DNA from: an uncultured Methylococcales bacterium
GTDB taxonomy: Bacteria > Pseudomonadota > Gammaproteobacteria > Methylococcales > Methylomonadaceae
Length of the DNA: 64,000 nucleotides
Reading direction: 5' to 3'
Assembly (NCBI GenBank): GCA_903902705.1
Contig: CAIUVX010000113.1
Coordinates: 1,736-65,735, forward strand
The notes below the pieces were generated by a model, which saw only the letters and a program-made list of their open reading frames with translations, made no database searches and was not told where the DNA came from. Below, in pieces: positions 36,348-46,181 of the stretch (its first letter is position 1; each line of letters begins with the position of its first letter). The position numbers and the translations under genes are program-made.

Positions 36348-37058
36348 ATGAAACCAATGACTAATATTTTTAAATATACCGCATCGCTCATTGCGACTTC
36401 GCTATTATTGAGTAACTGTGCTTTATCAGCGACACAAGAATACGCTGCGTGTGCCAATAATCTTACCTCTCCCATTGCTAACTTTTGCGAGGTTAAGCCT
36501 CGTGTACTATGGCGCGGTTCTAAGCCCGACGAAGATGAGGCTGCGTGGCTTATTAAGCATGGCGTTAAAACTATCGTCAATCTGGAATCGTTGTATGACG
36601 ATATAGATACTCTTGAAGATGTCCATCTTACCGATACAGATATATATGAGGTTAATTACTTTCGAGTGCGGACGTGGGAGCCTTTATACGCTTTTGCTAA
36701 AACGGAAGCAGATGAAGATGTTATTCATTTTCTTGCCATTGCCCGTCAAGCAAAATTGCCACTTTATGTTCATTGTCGTGCTGGAGAAAATCGCACTGGG
36801 GTAATGGTGGCAGCTTATAAAATCATTATAGATGGGCAGAACAGCCCCGCTGAAATAGAGGCTGTGCTGAAAGAAATGCAGAGTTATAAAGGCGTGTGGT
36901 CTACTTCTACAGCCGAGTACATTAAAGAGCTATCACTGCGACGTAACGAGATTCTGCAAAAGCTTAAGGCATTCACCGTAGAACAACCCACTCAAGTCAT
37001 TTGCAAGAACGGAAAATGTACCAGCACAATCAGTATTTTTGGTACAACGGAACGGTGA
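36348..37058 (+). CDS. Secreted or lipoprotein tyrosine/dual-specificity phosphatase-like protein
   Basis: Signal/lipobox LLLSNC. CX5R active-site motif VHCRAGENRTG. Confidence 0.8.
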   Translation: MKPMTNIFKYTASLIATSLLLSNCALSATQEYAACANNLTSPIANFCEVKPRVLWRGSKPDEDEAAWLIKHGVKTIVNLESLYDDIDTLEDVHLTDTDIYEVNYFRVRTWEPLYAFAKTEADEDVIHFLAIARQAKLPLYVHCRAGENRTGVMVAAYKIIIDGQNSPAEIEAVLKEMQSYKGVWSTSTAEYIKELSLRRNEILQKLKAFTVEQPTQVICKNGKCTSTISIFGTTER

Positions 37059-37085
37059 GGGGTTAAACCTGTTATAGCAATATCA

Positions 37086-37119
37086 ATGACTGCCAGTCCT
37101 TTAAAGGTCTGGCAGTCAT
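37086..37119. repeat. Palindromic element ATGACTGCCAGTCCTTTAAAGGTCTGGCAGTCAT between two convergent genes
   Basis: Second copy of the 36-bp palindrome family; one mismatch in the arm. Confidence 0.85.
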
Positions 37120-37158
37120 GCTCAAAAGTTTTAATCGCTTAACACGGTGGAGTAAATC

Positions 37159-38208
37159 TTAATTACCTTTAACTATCATAGGTTCAAAGGTAAATAAATT
37201 ACGGCTTTCTGGGTGTACTGATACTTTTATCCAATGCACATTGGGGCTACCGAATGTTTCTACGCGGGTAAAGTTTTTAATCAAATGCGCTTGATCGATC
37301 AGTGGTTTGTCAACTTTAAAGAAATGCACGTCACCATGCACCAGTACAACTTCACCGTCGAATTTATTAGTCTCTTCTGTCAAAACTCTCAGAAACTCAT
37401 TGTAGCCATCGTATCCAGCCAAAGTACGTTCGTTAAAAGTTTCTGTTTCTGGTAAATCGAAACTAGGGTCAGCTTGAATGGTGATCATTACACCACGCGC
37501 TTTGCCAGCTTTAGCTTTTTGAAACGATTCTTTAAGAAAATCGATGTTCGCCGCATCACGGTCTAGGTATTCAGCATTATCTGCGACGCAATCTGCGAGG
37601 GTTCGCGCACTTTTACTGGTACATTCGCTATTAGAACTCACCTTATTATTGTTGCTGCCTGGAACGTTCAAACCAACAAACACCACGTTGCCGTGTGTCC
37701 AGCGTACATTTTCAACAAATTCCTGACCCAGTTGACCTTGATGTTCCAGCTTCATTTTTTTCTGTCCGAAGCTATCTGGGCTACTGAACATTGTTTGACG
37801 AATATAATTCAATCTTTCCAGATTGTTGTAGCTACCATTATTAGTGCGGTGGCAGTCAGTCCACTCATTGTCACCAGGGATGTAAACCATCGGTTTTTTA
37901 AACGAGTTGAAGCGCACAATAGCATCACTGTATTGCTGGTTGCTACAAACTGAACTACCGTCTTTGATGTCACCGTCGAACACAGTGAAGGCAACTTTAG
38001 ACGCGTTTATATCGTCAATCAATGCTTGAATTTTAGGGGCATCACCATTTTTGGCATAAGGCATATCGCCCCACAGCGCGAAGCTAAATTCTTCGGCTTC
38101 TGCTTCATGTTTAGTAGACTCGTTTTCGCTTGCGAAAACGCTGTTAAAACCGACGGTAATCGCTAATGCAACAAGGCTACGCGCCAGTGTTTTATTGATA
38201 ATGAACAT
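37159..38208 (-). CDS. Secreted calcineurin-like metallophosphoesterase
   Basis: Signal peptide. Metallophosphoesterase motifs WGDMPY, FDGDIKDG, PGDNEW and VHGDVH. Confidence 0.8.
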   Translation of the reverse strand: MFIINKTLARSLVALAITVGFNSVFASENESTKHEAEAEEFSFALWGDMPYAKNGDAPKIQALIDDINASKVAFTVFDGDIKDGSSVCSNQQYSDAIVRFNSFKKPMVYIPGDNEWTDCHRTNNGSYNNLERLNYIRQTMFSSPDSFGQKKMKLEHQGQLGQEFVENVRWTHGNVVFVGLNVPGSNNNKVSSNSECTSKSARTLADCVADNAEYLDRDAANIDFLKESFQKAKAGKARGVMITIQADPSFDLPETETFNERTLAGYDGYNEFLRVLTEETNKFDGEVVLVHGDVHFFKVDKPLIDQAHLIKNFTRVETFGSPNVHWIKVSVHPESRNLFTFEPMIVKGN

Positions 38209-38712
38209 TTGTATAACTCCAGAGAAAAACTTTGAATAACGCGAAGGGGCAAATTGTTGGGGCTAGTTTCTGCAAACAACTTATGTTTCTGAATGCTGGG
38301 CTATTTGCCTATAAAAAACTAACCTGAATATTATAGATAGCGGATGTGACAAAACAGAGTACTTAACATGACAGATTAGTTACCTTATTGTTACAAGCAC
38401 TTAGCTCTATCTCTTTGCCTAGTGACTATTTTTTTAAGTTAAATACTGCTCTCGTGGGGTTTGTCATAACAGGGTAAAGAACGTAAACTATTGGCTAATT
38501 TCAGACATTGAACGATCTATTCCGCAGTCGTGGACACAAGCTTTAAGCCTCAAAAATAGGTCAATAGTCTGTTAAAGCTTACTCGATCTCCCTTGCAATA
38601 TTTCAAGTGTTTGATCAAATATAAAAATAGCCTGAGTGAAACGAAATTCATCAATTGTGGATGACGCGCTTAGCACATCTAGCAGGATAGCATCTACAAC
38701 TTATGAAAAATT

Positions 38713-40167
38713 ATGAGTGAAGAAATTTTAATCAATATTACCCCACCCGAAACCCGCGTTGCCGTGATTGAAAATGGTGTGTTGCAAGAACTGATTATTG
38801 AACGTAGCCGTGAACGCGGTTTAGTCGGTAATATTTATAAAGGCGAGGTATGCAGGGTATTACCTGGTATGCAGGCTGCTTTTGTCGATATTGGTTTGCC
38901 AAAAGCGGCTTTTTTGCATTTGTCGGATTTATCCACTCAAGAGCTAGAGCGTAAAGGCTCAGAGAATATCGAGCATTATCTGCATGAAGGGCAACACATC
39001 ATTGTGCAGGTGTTCAAAGACCCGATAGGCAGTAAAGGAGCGCGGCTAACAACGGATATATCGATACCGTCGCGGTTTCAAGTCTATATGCCCTATGCCA
39101 GTAACTCAGGGGTATCACAACGGATTGAACATGAGCCAGAGCGCAACCGTTTAAGAGCCTGTGTGGATGCCTTTAGACAAGAACACGGTTGTGGCGGATT
39201 TATTGCCAGAACCGCAGCAGAATGTGTGGAGGAGGAGATACTCATCGCTGACATGGTGTTTTTGCTGAAACTGTGGGAATCTATTTCAGAAAAAATTACC
39301 ACTACCAAAGCCAAGGCGTTTATTCATAAAGATTTGCCGCTTAGTATTCGCACCTTACGCGATTTACATAAAGAGGGATTGGAAAGAATTCGTATTGATT
39401 CCAAAGAAACCTATCATAAATTATTGGAATTTGCTGAGGTGTTTGTGCCTGAAATCGTTCCTATCATTGAGCATTACACGGGCGAATGCCCTGTGTTTGA
39501 TATTTACAATGTCGAAGATGAAATTAAAAAAGCCTTGGAGCGTAAAGTTAAACTAAAATCTGGCGGGCATTTGGTCTTCGATCAAACCGAAGCCATGACT
39601 ACGGTGGATGTCAATACAGGCGGTTATGTTGGCGGACGTAATCTGGAAGAAACTATTTTTAAAACCAATTTAGAAGCCGCGCAAACTATCGCCCGTCAAC
39701 TACGGTTACGCAATTTAGGCGGCATTATTATTATCGATTTTATCGATATGAAAAGCGAAGATCATAAGCAACAAGTGTTACAAGCGTTGGAACGTAATTT
39801 ATCCAAGGATCGCGCCAAAACTAAGATTACCGAGGTGTCTATTTTAGGTTTGGTGGAAATGACCCGTAAACGCACTCGTGAAAGCTTGGAACATATTCTG
39901 TGTGAACCTTGTAGTGCTTGTGGTGGACGTGGGGTATTAAAAACCGCTGAATCTATGTGTTTGGAAATATTTCGAGAAATTATTCGTGAAGTGCGTTTAT
40001 ATAAAGTGCAGACTATTTTGGTACTTGCCTCAAATGATGTAGTGGCTATGTTACTGGATGAAGAGGCCGATATGCTGGCAGAATTGGAAATATTTTTGGA
40101 TGTACAAATTAAATTTAGAGCTGAATCAGAATACAATCAAGAACAGTATGATGTGGTGTTACTTTAA
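38713..40167 (+). CDS. rng: Ribonuclease G (RNase E/G family)
   Basis: 484 aa. S1 domain (GNIYKG.V..VLPGMQAAFVDIG), DVNTG and GGIIIIDFIDM motifs. Followed by yhdP, as in E. coli. Confidence 0.92.
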   Translation: MSEEILINITPPETRVAVIENGVLQELIIERSRERGLVGNIYKGEVCRVLPGMQAAFVDIGLPKAAFLHLSDLSTQELERKGSENIEHYLHEGQHIIVQVFKDPIGSKGARLTTDISIPSRFQVYMPYASNSGVSQRIEHEPERNRLRACVDAFRQEHGCGGFIARTAAECVEEEILIADMVFLLKLWESISEKITTTKAKAFIHKDLPLSIRTLRDLHKEGLERIRIDSKETYHKLLEFAEVFVPEIVPIIEHYTGECPVFDIYNVEDEIKKALERKVKLKSGGHLVFDQTEAMTTVDVNTGGYVGGRNLEETIFKTNLEAAQTIARQLRLRNLGGIIIIDFIDMKSEDHKQQVLQALERNLSKDRAKTKITEVSILGLVEMTRKRTRESLEHILCEPCSACGGRGVLKTAESMCLEIFREIIREVRLYKVQTILVLASNDVVAMLLDEEADMLAELEIFLDVQIKFRAESEYNQEQYDVVLL

Positions 40168-40200
40168 AATCCAAGTCATGCCGCCTAAGGAACTGTTTTT

Positions 40201-43200
40201 GTGATTCATCATATCAAACGAGCTACCCGCCATCTTATTTTCTGGTCGTTGATTTCAGTCGCGCTAGGTTTATTAGCTGTGCGAATATTGTTAGTTGTCA
40301 TTGATAACTACAAAGCTGAATTAGCCGCTGAAATTAGTAAACAAGTCGAAGCCCCCGTTACTATTGGACATTTAAGAACCCATATTAATGGTGTTAAACC
40401 ACAACTGATACTAGAAGATATTGCTATTTCTGCTCCTCAAAATAGCAAATCTCCACCGCCTATTAAATTACGCGAATTGCGCTTAGGCATTAATTTAATG
40501 GATTTATTGCTCAATCGGGATTTACTGTCATCATCGTGGGTAACGTTAGTAGGTGCAGAACTCACGGTAAAAAGACAAGCTGACGGCAGTATTGCCATTG
40601 TTGGTTTAAAAGCAGGCGGCGGGCAGCCGCTATGGTTATTGCAAGGTCATAAATATCAAGTATTACAGAGTTCAGTAACGTGGCAGGACGAACAAAAAAA
40701 CGGTAAGTCACTGACATTTGATGATGTCAATATCATGATACACAACGAGGGCGAGCGACACCGTATCAATATCATGATGGATTTACCCAAAAAGCGAGGG
40801 GACATTTTAAGAGTCTCATTGGATGTTAAAGGCAATATTTTTGAACCCCTAGCCATTGAAGGGTCAGGATTTATTGAAGGTAAAGCCATTAATTTACCCG
40901 AATGGGTGACGGTAGATTTGCCGTTGGGACTGAACATTAAATCGGGTGTTAGTGATTTTAAAGTCTGGGGGCTATGGCAACATTCAAAATTAATTGCCCT
41001 CACGGGTGATATACAGGCAAAGACCGTATTTATGACTCAACCACATAAAAGGGACTTTAATAACCGCTATTTTTCCGCGTTGGTTTTCTGGAATAACCAC
41101 GATCAGGAATGGCGACTTGATGTTGAACGATTTTTACTGGAGACGGCAAATAAAAAATATCCCGAAACAGCGTTCAGCGTCTCAAGTAATCATACTGATG
41201 ATCAGCAACTACATAATATAAAGCTGTCCAGTCAACAAATTGATGTGCAGGAATTCGCTAATCTTGCCGAATTTTTCGCGCCCTTAACCGATGAACAAGG
41301 CAAATTATTGACACAAGCGCAGGCAACAGGGCAATTAGAAAATGTCAGTTTATCTGCCGACTTTGATAGTAAGCAATTCGCCATTAACGGACAATTTAAC
41401 CATTTTAGTATCGCACCTGTTTCGTCACTCCCTGGTATAGAAAATCTCACTGGACAACTCACTGGCAACGAACAACAAGGCAGTGTGCGTTTAATTACCC
41501 GTCATGCCCAATTTAAACATCCGAATTTATTTCGTAATCCCATTCCTATCAATACTCTCAACGGCACACTAACTTGGCAACAAACAGCTGATGATTGGAC
41601 AATAGCGAGTTCGATGCTTAAAGTAAACTCCCCCGATATTCAAAGTAAAAGTCGTTTGAAACTCATTATTCCTAAGGAAAATCAGCCGATTTTTATGGAT
41701 TTACAAACGGCGTTTTCTGGTAAAAACATGGCTAAGGCAAGCACTTATTATCCTATTGGCGTAATGGATTCTATGCTAGTCGATTGGTTGGATCATGCGT
41801 TTATCGGTGGCAATGTCCCTAAAGGTGACGTGTTATTTTACGGTAATCTAATCGACTTTCCGTTTAAGAATGGGCAAGGCGTTTTTCAAGCCATATTTCA
41901 AGCGAAACAACTAGAACTTATCTATCACCCCGATTGGCCGCATTTAACTGAATTAGAGGGTGAAGTGTCATTTTTACAAAATAGTTTGCAGGTTAATATT
42001 GCTCAAGGTAAAACTAATAATATTCACATTAAACAAGCAGACATTAGTATTCCTGTGTTAGATAAATGTGATCGACTACAGGTTAAGGGCGCGTTTGCCG
42101 CCACTATCGCCGATACCTTAGCTTTTCTACAAAAAACCCCGTTAAACTTACCCATCAACAACGTGTCGAATGCCATTACCACACAAGGCAACACAGAAGT
42201 GAATTTGGCACTCACCGTTCCTTTAATCAACATTCCACCAAAAATTGATGGGACTGCTACCCTAAGCAATGCCAGTTTGACTGTCAACGCATTGGACTTG
42301 TTAATTGATAAAATGACTGGCACTTTAAAATTCAATGAGCAAGGTATTTACACTAACAACATCAATGCTGTAACGTTAGGCTATCCTGTAAAATTTGCTA
42401 TTAAACACGATGATCAAAAATCCACCATTAGTGGGTCAGGACGCACAGATATAAACGAGCTAAGCAAACAATTCAAGCTGGCTGGCTTGTCGGTGGCAAA
42501 AGGTAGTAGCGACTATAAATTGGAATTACAGCTCCCCTACGGCGATAAACCTTCACAGTTAAACGTACAATCGCTGTTAGCGGGTATAACACTGGATTTA
42601 CCAGATAGCTTAGCAAAAACCAGTCAGCAACAACGTTTGTTATCACTAGACTTTAGCCTAGTTGACAAACCCTTATTACCGATTAGGGTAAATTACGATA
42701 ATAAACTCAAAGCTGACTTGAGCTTTGATGTCAAACAACAACGCATTCAAGCAGGGAATATTTTAATTGGCTCAGGCAATGTCGGCAAAATACCCGACAC
42801 AGGGATTAAACTAGAACTTAATAGCGAGTTTCTAGCCTTGCAAAATTGGTTAGGCTTAGGTTTTTCAATGGCTCAAAACGATTCCACATCAACACCAACA
42901 ACTACCCAAATTAATGAAATAAAAATTCACAGTGGCTCTGCTTTATGGAAAAAAACCCCGCTGGGTTTATTTGACTTAAGCTTAAAACCTGATGATAAGC
43001 AGTGGATGGGATTATTAAACAGTCAATTCGCTAAGGGCAAACTCAACATCCCGTTTAATTTTAAAGGTCAAAACCGTATCACACTGAACATGGATGAACT
43101 GGATTTATCGCTGATTAAACAACTCAATACCGAAGAAACTACCCAAATACCCTCACTCATTCCAGAAGCAATTTCGCTAATCACCGTCACTAGCAACAAA

Positions 43201-44034
43201 ACACGCTGGCAAGGTATTGATCTAGGGCAGTTAAGCCTAATCACTGAGCGTACCAATAATGGTATGAACTTTAAAAACATAACACTTAATGGCGAACTAC
43301 AGAAATTGACGCTATCAGGTGACTGGCAAGTCAACGGTAAACAATCGACCACTCGCGCACAAGGTCGTTTAGAGTTGATGCGTGCGGATGAACTGCTCAA
43401 GCAACTAGACATAAGTAAAGATTTCACCAAAACCAGCGGTAGCATCGATTTTAATGTCCATTGGCAAGGTGCGCCGCAACAATTTTCTCTCACTAGCTTA
43501 CAAGGTACGCTCGACACCGAATTAAAAAATGGACGTATTTTAAGCATCGAACCTGGGTTTGGGCGCGTACTAGGTGTATTAGCGGTTGCGCAATGGATTA
43601 AACGCTTACAACTTGATTTTGGTGATATATATGAAGAAGGACTAACCTTTAACAGCATCACGGGGCATTTTGATTTAGCGCAAGGCAAGGCACACACTGA
43701 CAATCTTATCGTCGATTCTGTTCCTGCTAAAATCACCCTCACAGGCGATACTAATTTTCTGCGGCACACCGTTGATTATACCGTGATGGTTGCACCAAAA
43801 AGTGCAGATGCCGTACCTATAGCTGGTACAATCATGAGCAAAGTCACTTCTTTCATTGGTAAATCACTAACAGGTAAAGACCAAGATGGATTTTTCTTTG
43901 GCTCACAATATTTAGTCACAGGCGAGTGGGGCAAAGTACAAGTTATCCCCCGTCATGAAAACGATGGTTTATTGCAAAAAACGTGGAATGGTCTCACTGA
44001 CTTTTCGTGGCTCAACCAACAAAAAAACCAATAG
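40201..44034 (+). CDS. yhdP: YhdP family (AsmA-like) large envelope protein
   Basis: 1277 aa, N-terminal TM anchor, repetitive beta-rich sequence. The position immediately after rng matches the conserved rng-yhdP synteny. Confidence 0.8.
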   Translation: MIHHIKRATRHLIFWSLISVALGLLAVRILLVVIDNYKAELAAEISKQVEAPVTIGHLRTHINGVKPQLILEDIAISAPQNSKSPPPIKLRELRLGINLMDLLLNRDLLSSSWVTLVGAELTVKRQADGSIAIVGLKAGGGQPLWLLQGHKYQVLQSSVTWQDEQKNGKSLTFDDVNIMIHNEGERHRINIMMDLPKKRGDILRVSLDVKGNIFEPLAIEGSGFIEGKAINLPEWVTVDLPLGLNIKSGVSDFKVWGLWQHSKLIALTGDIQAKTVFMTQPHKRDFNNRYFSALVFWNNHDQEWRLDVERFLLETANKKYPETAFSVSSNHTDDQQLHNIKLSSQQIDVQEFANLAEFFAPLTDEQGKLLTQAQATGQLENVSLSADFDSKQFAINGQFNHFSIAPVSSLPGIENLTGQLTGNEQQGSVRLITRHAQFKHPNLFRNPIPINTLNGTLTWQQTADDWTIASSMLKVNSPDIQSKSRLKLIIPKENQPIFMDLQTAFSGKNMAKASTYYPIGVMDSMLVDWLDHAFIGGNVPKGDVLFYGNLIDFPFKNGQGVFQAIFQAKQLELIYHPDWPHLTELEGEVSFLQNSLQVNIAQGKTNNIHIKQADISIPVLDKCDRLQVKGAFAATIADTLAFLQKTPLNLPINNVSNAITTQGNTEVNLALTVPLINIPPKIDGTATLSNASLTVNALDLLIDKMTGTLKFNEQGIYTNNINAVTLGYPVKFAIKHDDQKSTISGSGRTDINELSKQFKLAGLSVAKGSSDYKLELQLPYGDKPSQLNVQSLLAGITLDLPDSLAKTSQQQRLLSLDFSLVDKPLLPIRVNYDNKLKADLSFDVKQQRIQAGNILIGSGNVGKIPDTGIKLELNSEFLALQNWLGLGFSMAQNDSTSTPTTTQINEIKIHSGSALWKKTPLGLFDLSLKPDDKQWMGLLNSQFAKGKLNIPFNFKGQNRITLNMDELDLSLIKQLNTEETTQIPSLIPEAISLITVTSNKTRWQGIDLGQLSLITERTNNGMNFKNITLNGELQKLTLSGDWQVNGKQSTTRAQGRLELMRADELLKQLDISKDFTKTSGSIDFNVHWQGAPQQFSLTSLQGTLDTELKNGRILSIEPGFGRVLGVLAVAQWIKRLQLDFGDIYEEGLTFNSITGHFDLAQGKAHTDNLIVDSVPAKITLTGDTNFLRHTVDYTVMVAPKSADAVPIAGTIMSKVTSFIGKSLTGKDQDGFFFGSQYLVTGEWGKVQVIPRHENDGLLQKTWNGLTDFSWLNQQKNQ

Positions 44035-44045
44035 AGGAAAACAAT

Positions 44046-44879
44046 ATGAGTAAATGTGCCGCCATACAAATGGTATCGGGACTAACCGTTAGCGACAACC
44101 TAGTAGAAGCCGAAAAACTCATTGCCGAAGCCGTTAAAGCAGGGGCAAAACTTGTGGCATTACCTGAGAATTTTGCCTTAATGGGTAGCCACGAATCAGA
44201 TAAAATCAAGGTCAAAGAAGTCGCTGGCTCAGGATTTATTCAAGACTTTTTATCCAACACCGCCAAAAAATATGGTGTTTGGATTGTTGGCGGTACAGTA
44301 CCTATTGCAGGTGATGATGCCAATAAAGTCCGCGCCGCTTGTCTTATTTATAACGAGCTAGGCGAACAAGTAGCGCGTTATGACAAAGTGCATTTATTTG
44401 ATGTCAGCGTCCCTGATACCAATGAAGTTTACCGCGAATCCGACTCCATAGAAGCAGGCACACAAGCGTTAATCATTGATTCCCCGTTTGGCAGATTAGG
44501 CATTGCGATTTGTTACGACCTACGGTTTCCTGAATTTTTTCGTAATATGACTGAACTAGGCGTAGACGTACTAATTATTCCCGCCGCATTTACTCACGAA
44601 ACAGGCGCGGCACATTGGGAAGTGTTGCTACGCGCTAGAGCTATCGAAAATCTGTGTTATGTTATCGCCCCAAATCAAGGGGGGCTTCATGAAAACGGGC
44701 GCAGAACTTTTGGACACAGCATGATTATTGATCCGTGGGGAATCGTACTCGATTGCTATAAAATCGGAGTTGGTTTTGCCTGTGCTGACATTGCCCCTGA
44801 GCGGTTACAAAAAATACGCAGTGCCTTCCCTGTGTTAAATCATCAACGTTTTTCGTGTGAAAAAATATGCAAACCCTAA
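44046..44879 (+). CDS. Carbon-nitrogen hydrolase (nitrilase superfamily) protein
   Basis: E-K-C triad contexts LPENF, YDKVHLF and GIAICYDLRFPE. The ATG at 44046 is preceded by GAGGA. Confidence 0.88.
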   Translation: MSKCAAIQMVSGLTVSDNLVEAEKLIAEAVKAGAKLVALPENFALMGSHESDKIKVKEVAGSGFIQDFLSNTAKKYGVWIVGGTVPIAGDDANKVRAACLIYNELGEQVARYDKVHLFDVSVPDTNEVYRESDSIEAGTQALIIDSPFGRLGIAICYDLRFPEFFRNMTELGVDVLIIPAAFTHETGAAHWEVLLRARAIENLCYVIAPNQGGLHENGRRTFGHSMIIDPWGIVLDCYKIGVGFACADIAPERLQKIRSAFPVLNHQRFSCEKICKP

Positions 44880-45454
44880 TTAAAAGTTTATTACTTGCCT
44901 TACTGTTAGTGTCTTGTGGCGCAAACAAAGATAGCCGTTACCGTGATATGTCAGAACTTGAGCGTCCTCCTAACTTGTCATCGGCTACTACGACGACTAA
45001 AAGTAATACCTCTACGGCTACAAAACAGCAAGCAACAGAAACCTACGCGCCTGACGAAAGTCGCATTGAGAAAAAGCAAGGAAAAGCAGGTTTAGACGAT
45101 GCCGTTTATTTGACTGACTCAACGCCCCCACAAATAAAAATCAAACAACCGCTAGATAAAGCGTGGAATACCGTAGAACGCGGACTAAAACAAAGTGAGA
45201 TAAAAATCACTGACCACGAGCGTGATAAGGCACAATATCATGTGACCTATACGCCTAGCAGTGTTTTAAGTTTTATGAAAATAGAGTCGAAAACCATTTA
45301 TCTGTTGACGCTAAAAGCAGAAGGCAACGAAACCACAGTGACGGCAACCCTAGCACCAGAGCCAAATAGTAGCACGGACGATAAAGACGACAACACCTTG
45401 CAGCTTATGCACCTGTTATTCGATACTCTGCACGACGACTTAAGAGAAGAATAA
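44867..45454 (+). CDS. Hypothetical lipoprotein
   Basis: Lipobox LLLVSCG, then a T/S-rich linker and a small globular domain. Any resemblance to a BamC N-domain is too weak to call. Confidence 0.55.
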   Translation: MQTLIKSLLLALLLVSCGANKDSRYRDMSELERPPNLSSATTTTKSNTSTATKQQATETYAPDESRIEKKQGKAGLDDAVYLTDSTPPQIKIKQPLDKAWNTVERGLKQSEIKITDHERDKAQYHVTYTPSSVLSFMKIESKTIYLLTLKAEGNETTVTATLAPEPNSSTDDKDDNTLQLMHLLFDTLHDDLREE

Positions 45455-45462
45455 CAGTCTCC

Positions 45463-45483
45463 CCCGCCATTCTTAGTGGCGGG
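45463..45483. terminator. Hairpin CCCGCCA-TTCTTAG-TGGCGGG between convergent 3' ends
   Basis: 7-bp GC-rich stem between the lipoprotein gene and the endopeptidase gene. No clear U-tract. Confidence 0.4.
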
Positions 45484-45495
45484 AAAATATTAACT

Positions 45496-45978
45496 TTACG
45501 CCCTTATATTAGCTTGCCACGCACTCAAACTGGGTTGAGCGAATAATTTTTCTACCAATACAACCGCCGCTCGCAAACTGTTTTCCGCTGTTTCAGATAA
45601 ACCTTCGCCTAATTCAAAGCGCACCGCCTGCATAGTCAACAAAAAACACGGCGGCGGTGCAGTTTTTTCAATATCTGAATAAACCTGCATTACAGCGGCA
45701 GGATTCATAGCGTGCGTGGTGTAGCTATTATCACAAACAGGTTGTAACTGGCTAAAATGTATCGGCTGAGTATTAGCCACTGACGCATCAGCAAATAACA
45801 CCAGCTGCCGCTGTTTTAAATCCAGCGCGTGTTCGATTTGAAGTTGAAAATCGGTTAATAATTCCACCGTGTGCAAACACGCGGCGGGTATTCGTTCCAA
45901 TAACAACACGCCCAGCGCGTCATCGCCACGGCTGGGATTGCCAAAGCCTAGTAATAAAATCGGTTTAATCATAGTCAC
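45496..45978 (-). CDS. Hydrogenase maturation endopeptidase (HyaD/HybD/HoxW family)
   Basis: 160 aa. N-terminal LLLGFGNPSRGDDALG motif typical of the family. Confidence 0.85.
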   Translation of the reverse strand: MTMIKPILLLGFGNPSRGDDALGVLLLERIPAACLHTVELLTDFQLQIEHALDLKQRQLVLFADASVANTQPIHFSQLQPVCDNSYTTHAMNPAAVMQVYSDIEKTAPPPCFLLTMQAVRFELGEGLSETAENSLRAAVVLVEKLFAQPSLSAWQANIRA

Positions 45979-46078
45979 TTTAAGTTCACACGCTCCAGCG
46001 TGGAAATTCCTCTGACACCATGCTAGTGGTGTGTAAAAAGACGCTGGAGCGTCAATAGAACGATAGAGTTAAAAGATA

Positions 46079-46136
46079 CCGTTCGTGGTGAGCTTGTCGA
46101 ACCACATTCACACTTCGACAGGCTCAGTGCGAACGG
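46079..46136. repeat. Structured 58-nt element CCGTTCGTGGTGAGC..GTCGAA..TTCGAC..GCTCAGTGCGAACGG followed by TTTT
   Basis: Nested inverted repeats read from the sequence. It lies just downstream of the adenosine deaminase-like gene and could act as its terminator. Confidence 0.55.
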
Positions 46137-46181
46137 TTTTATAATCATTTTATGGCTGTTAGCTATACCTCAAACAGCACG

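Noticed and set aside
43068-43769. 233-aa minus-strand ORF inside yhdP
   Set aside because: It is an antisense ORF within a confidently called 1277-aa gene. Its composition is Ser/Cys/Leu-rich and it has no recognisable motifs.
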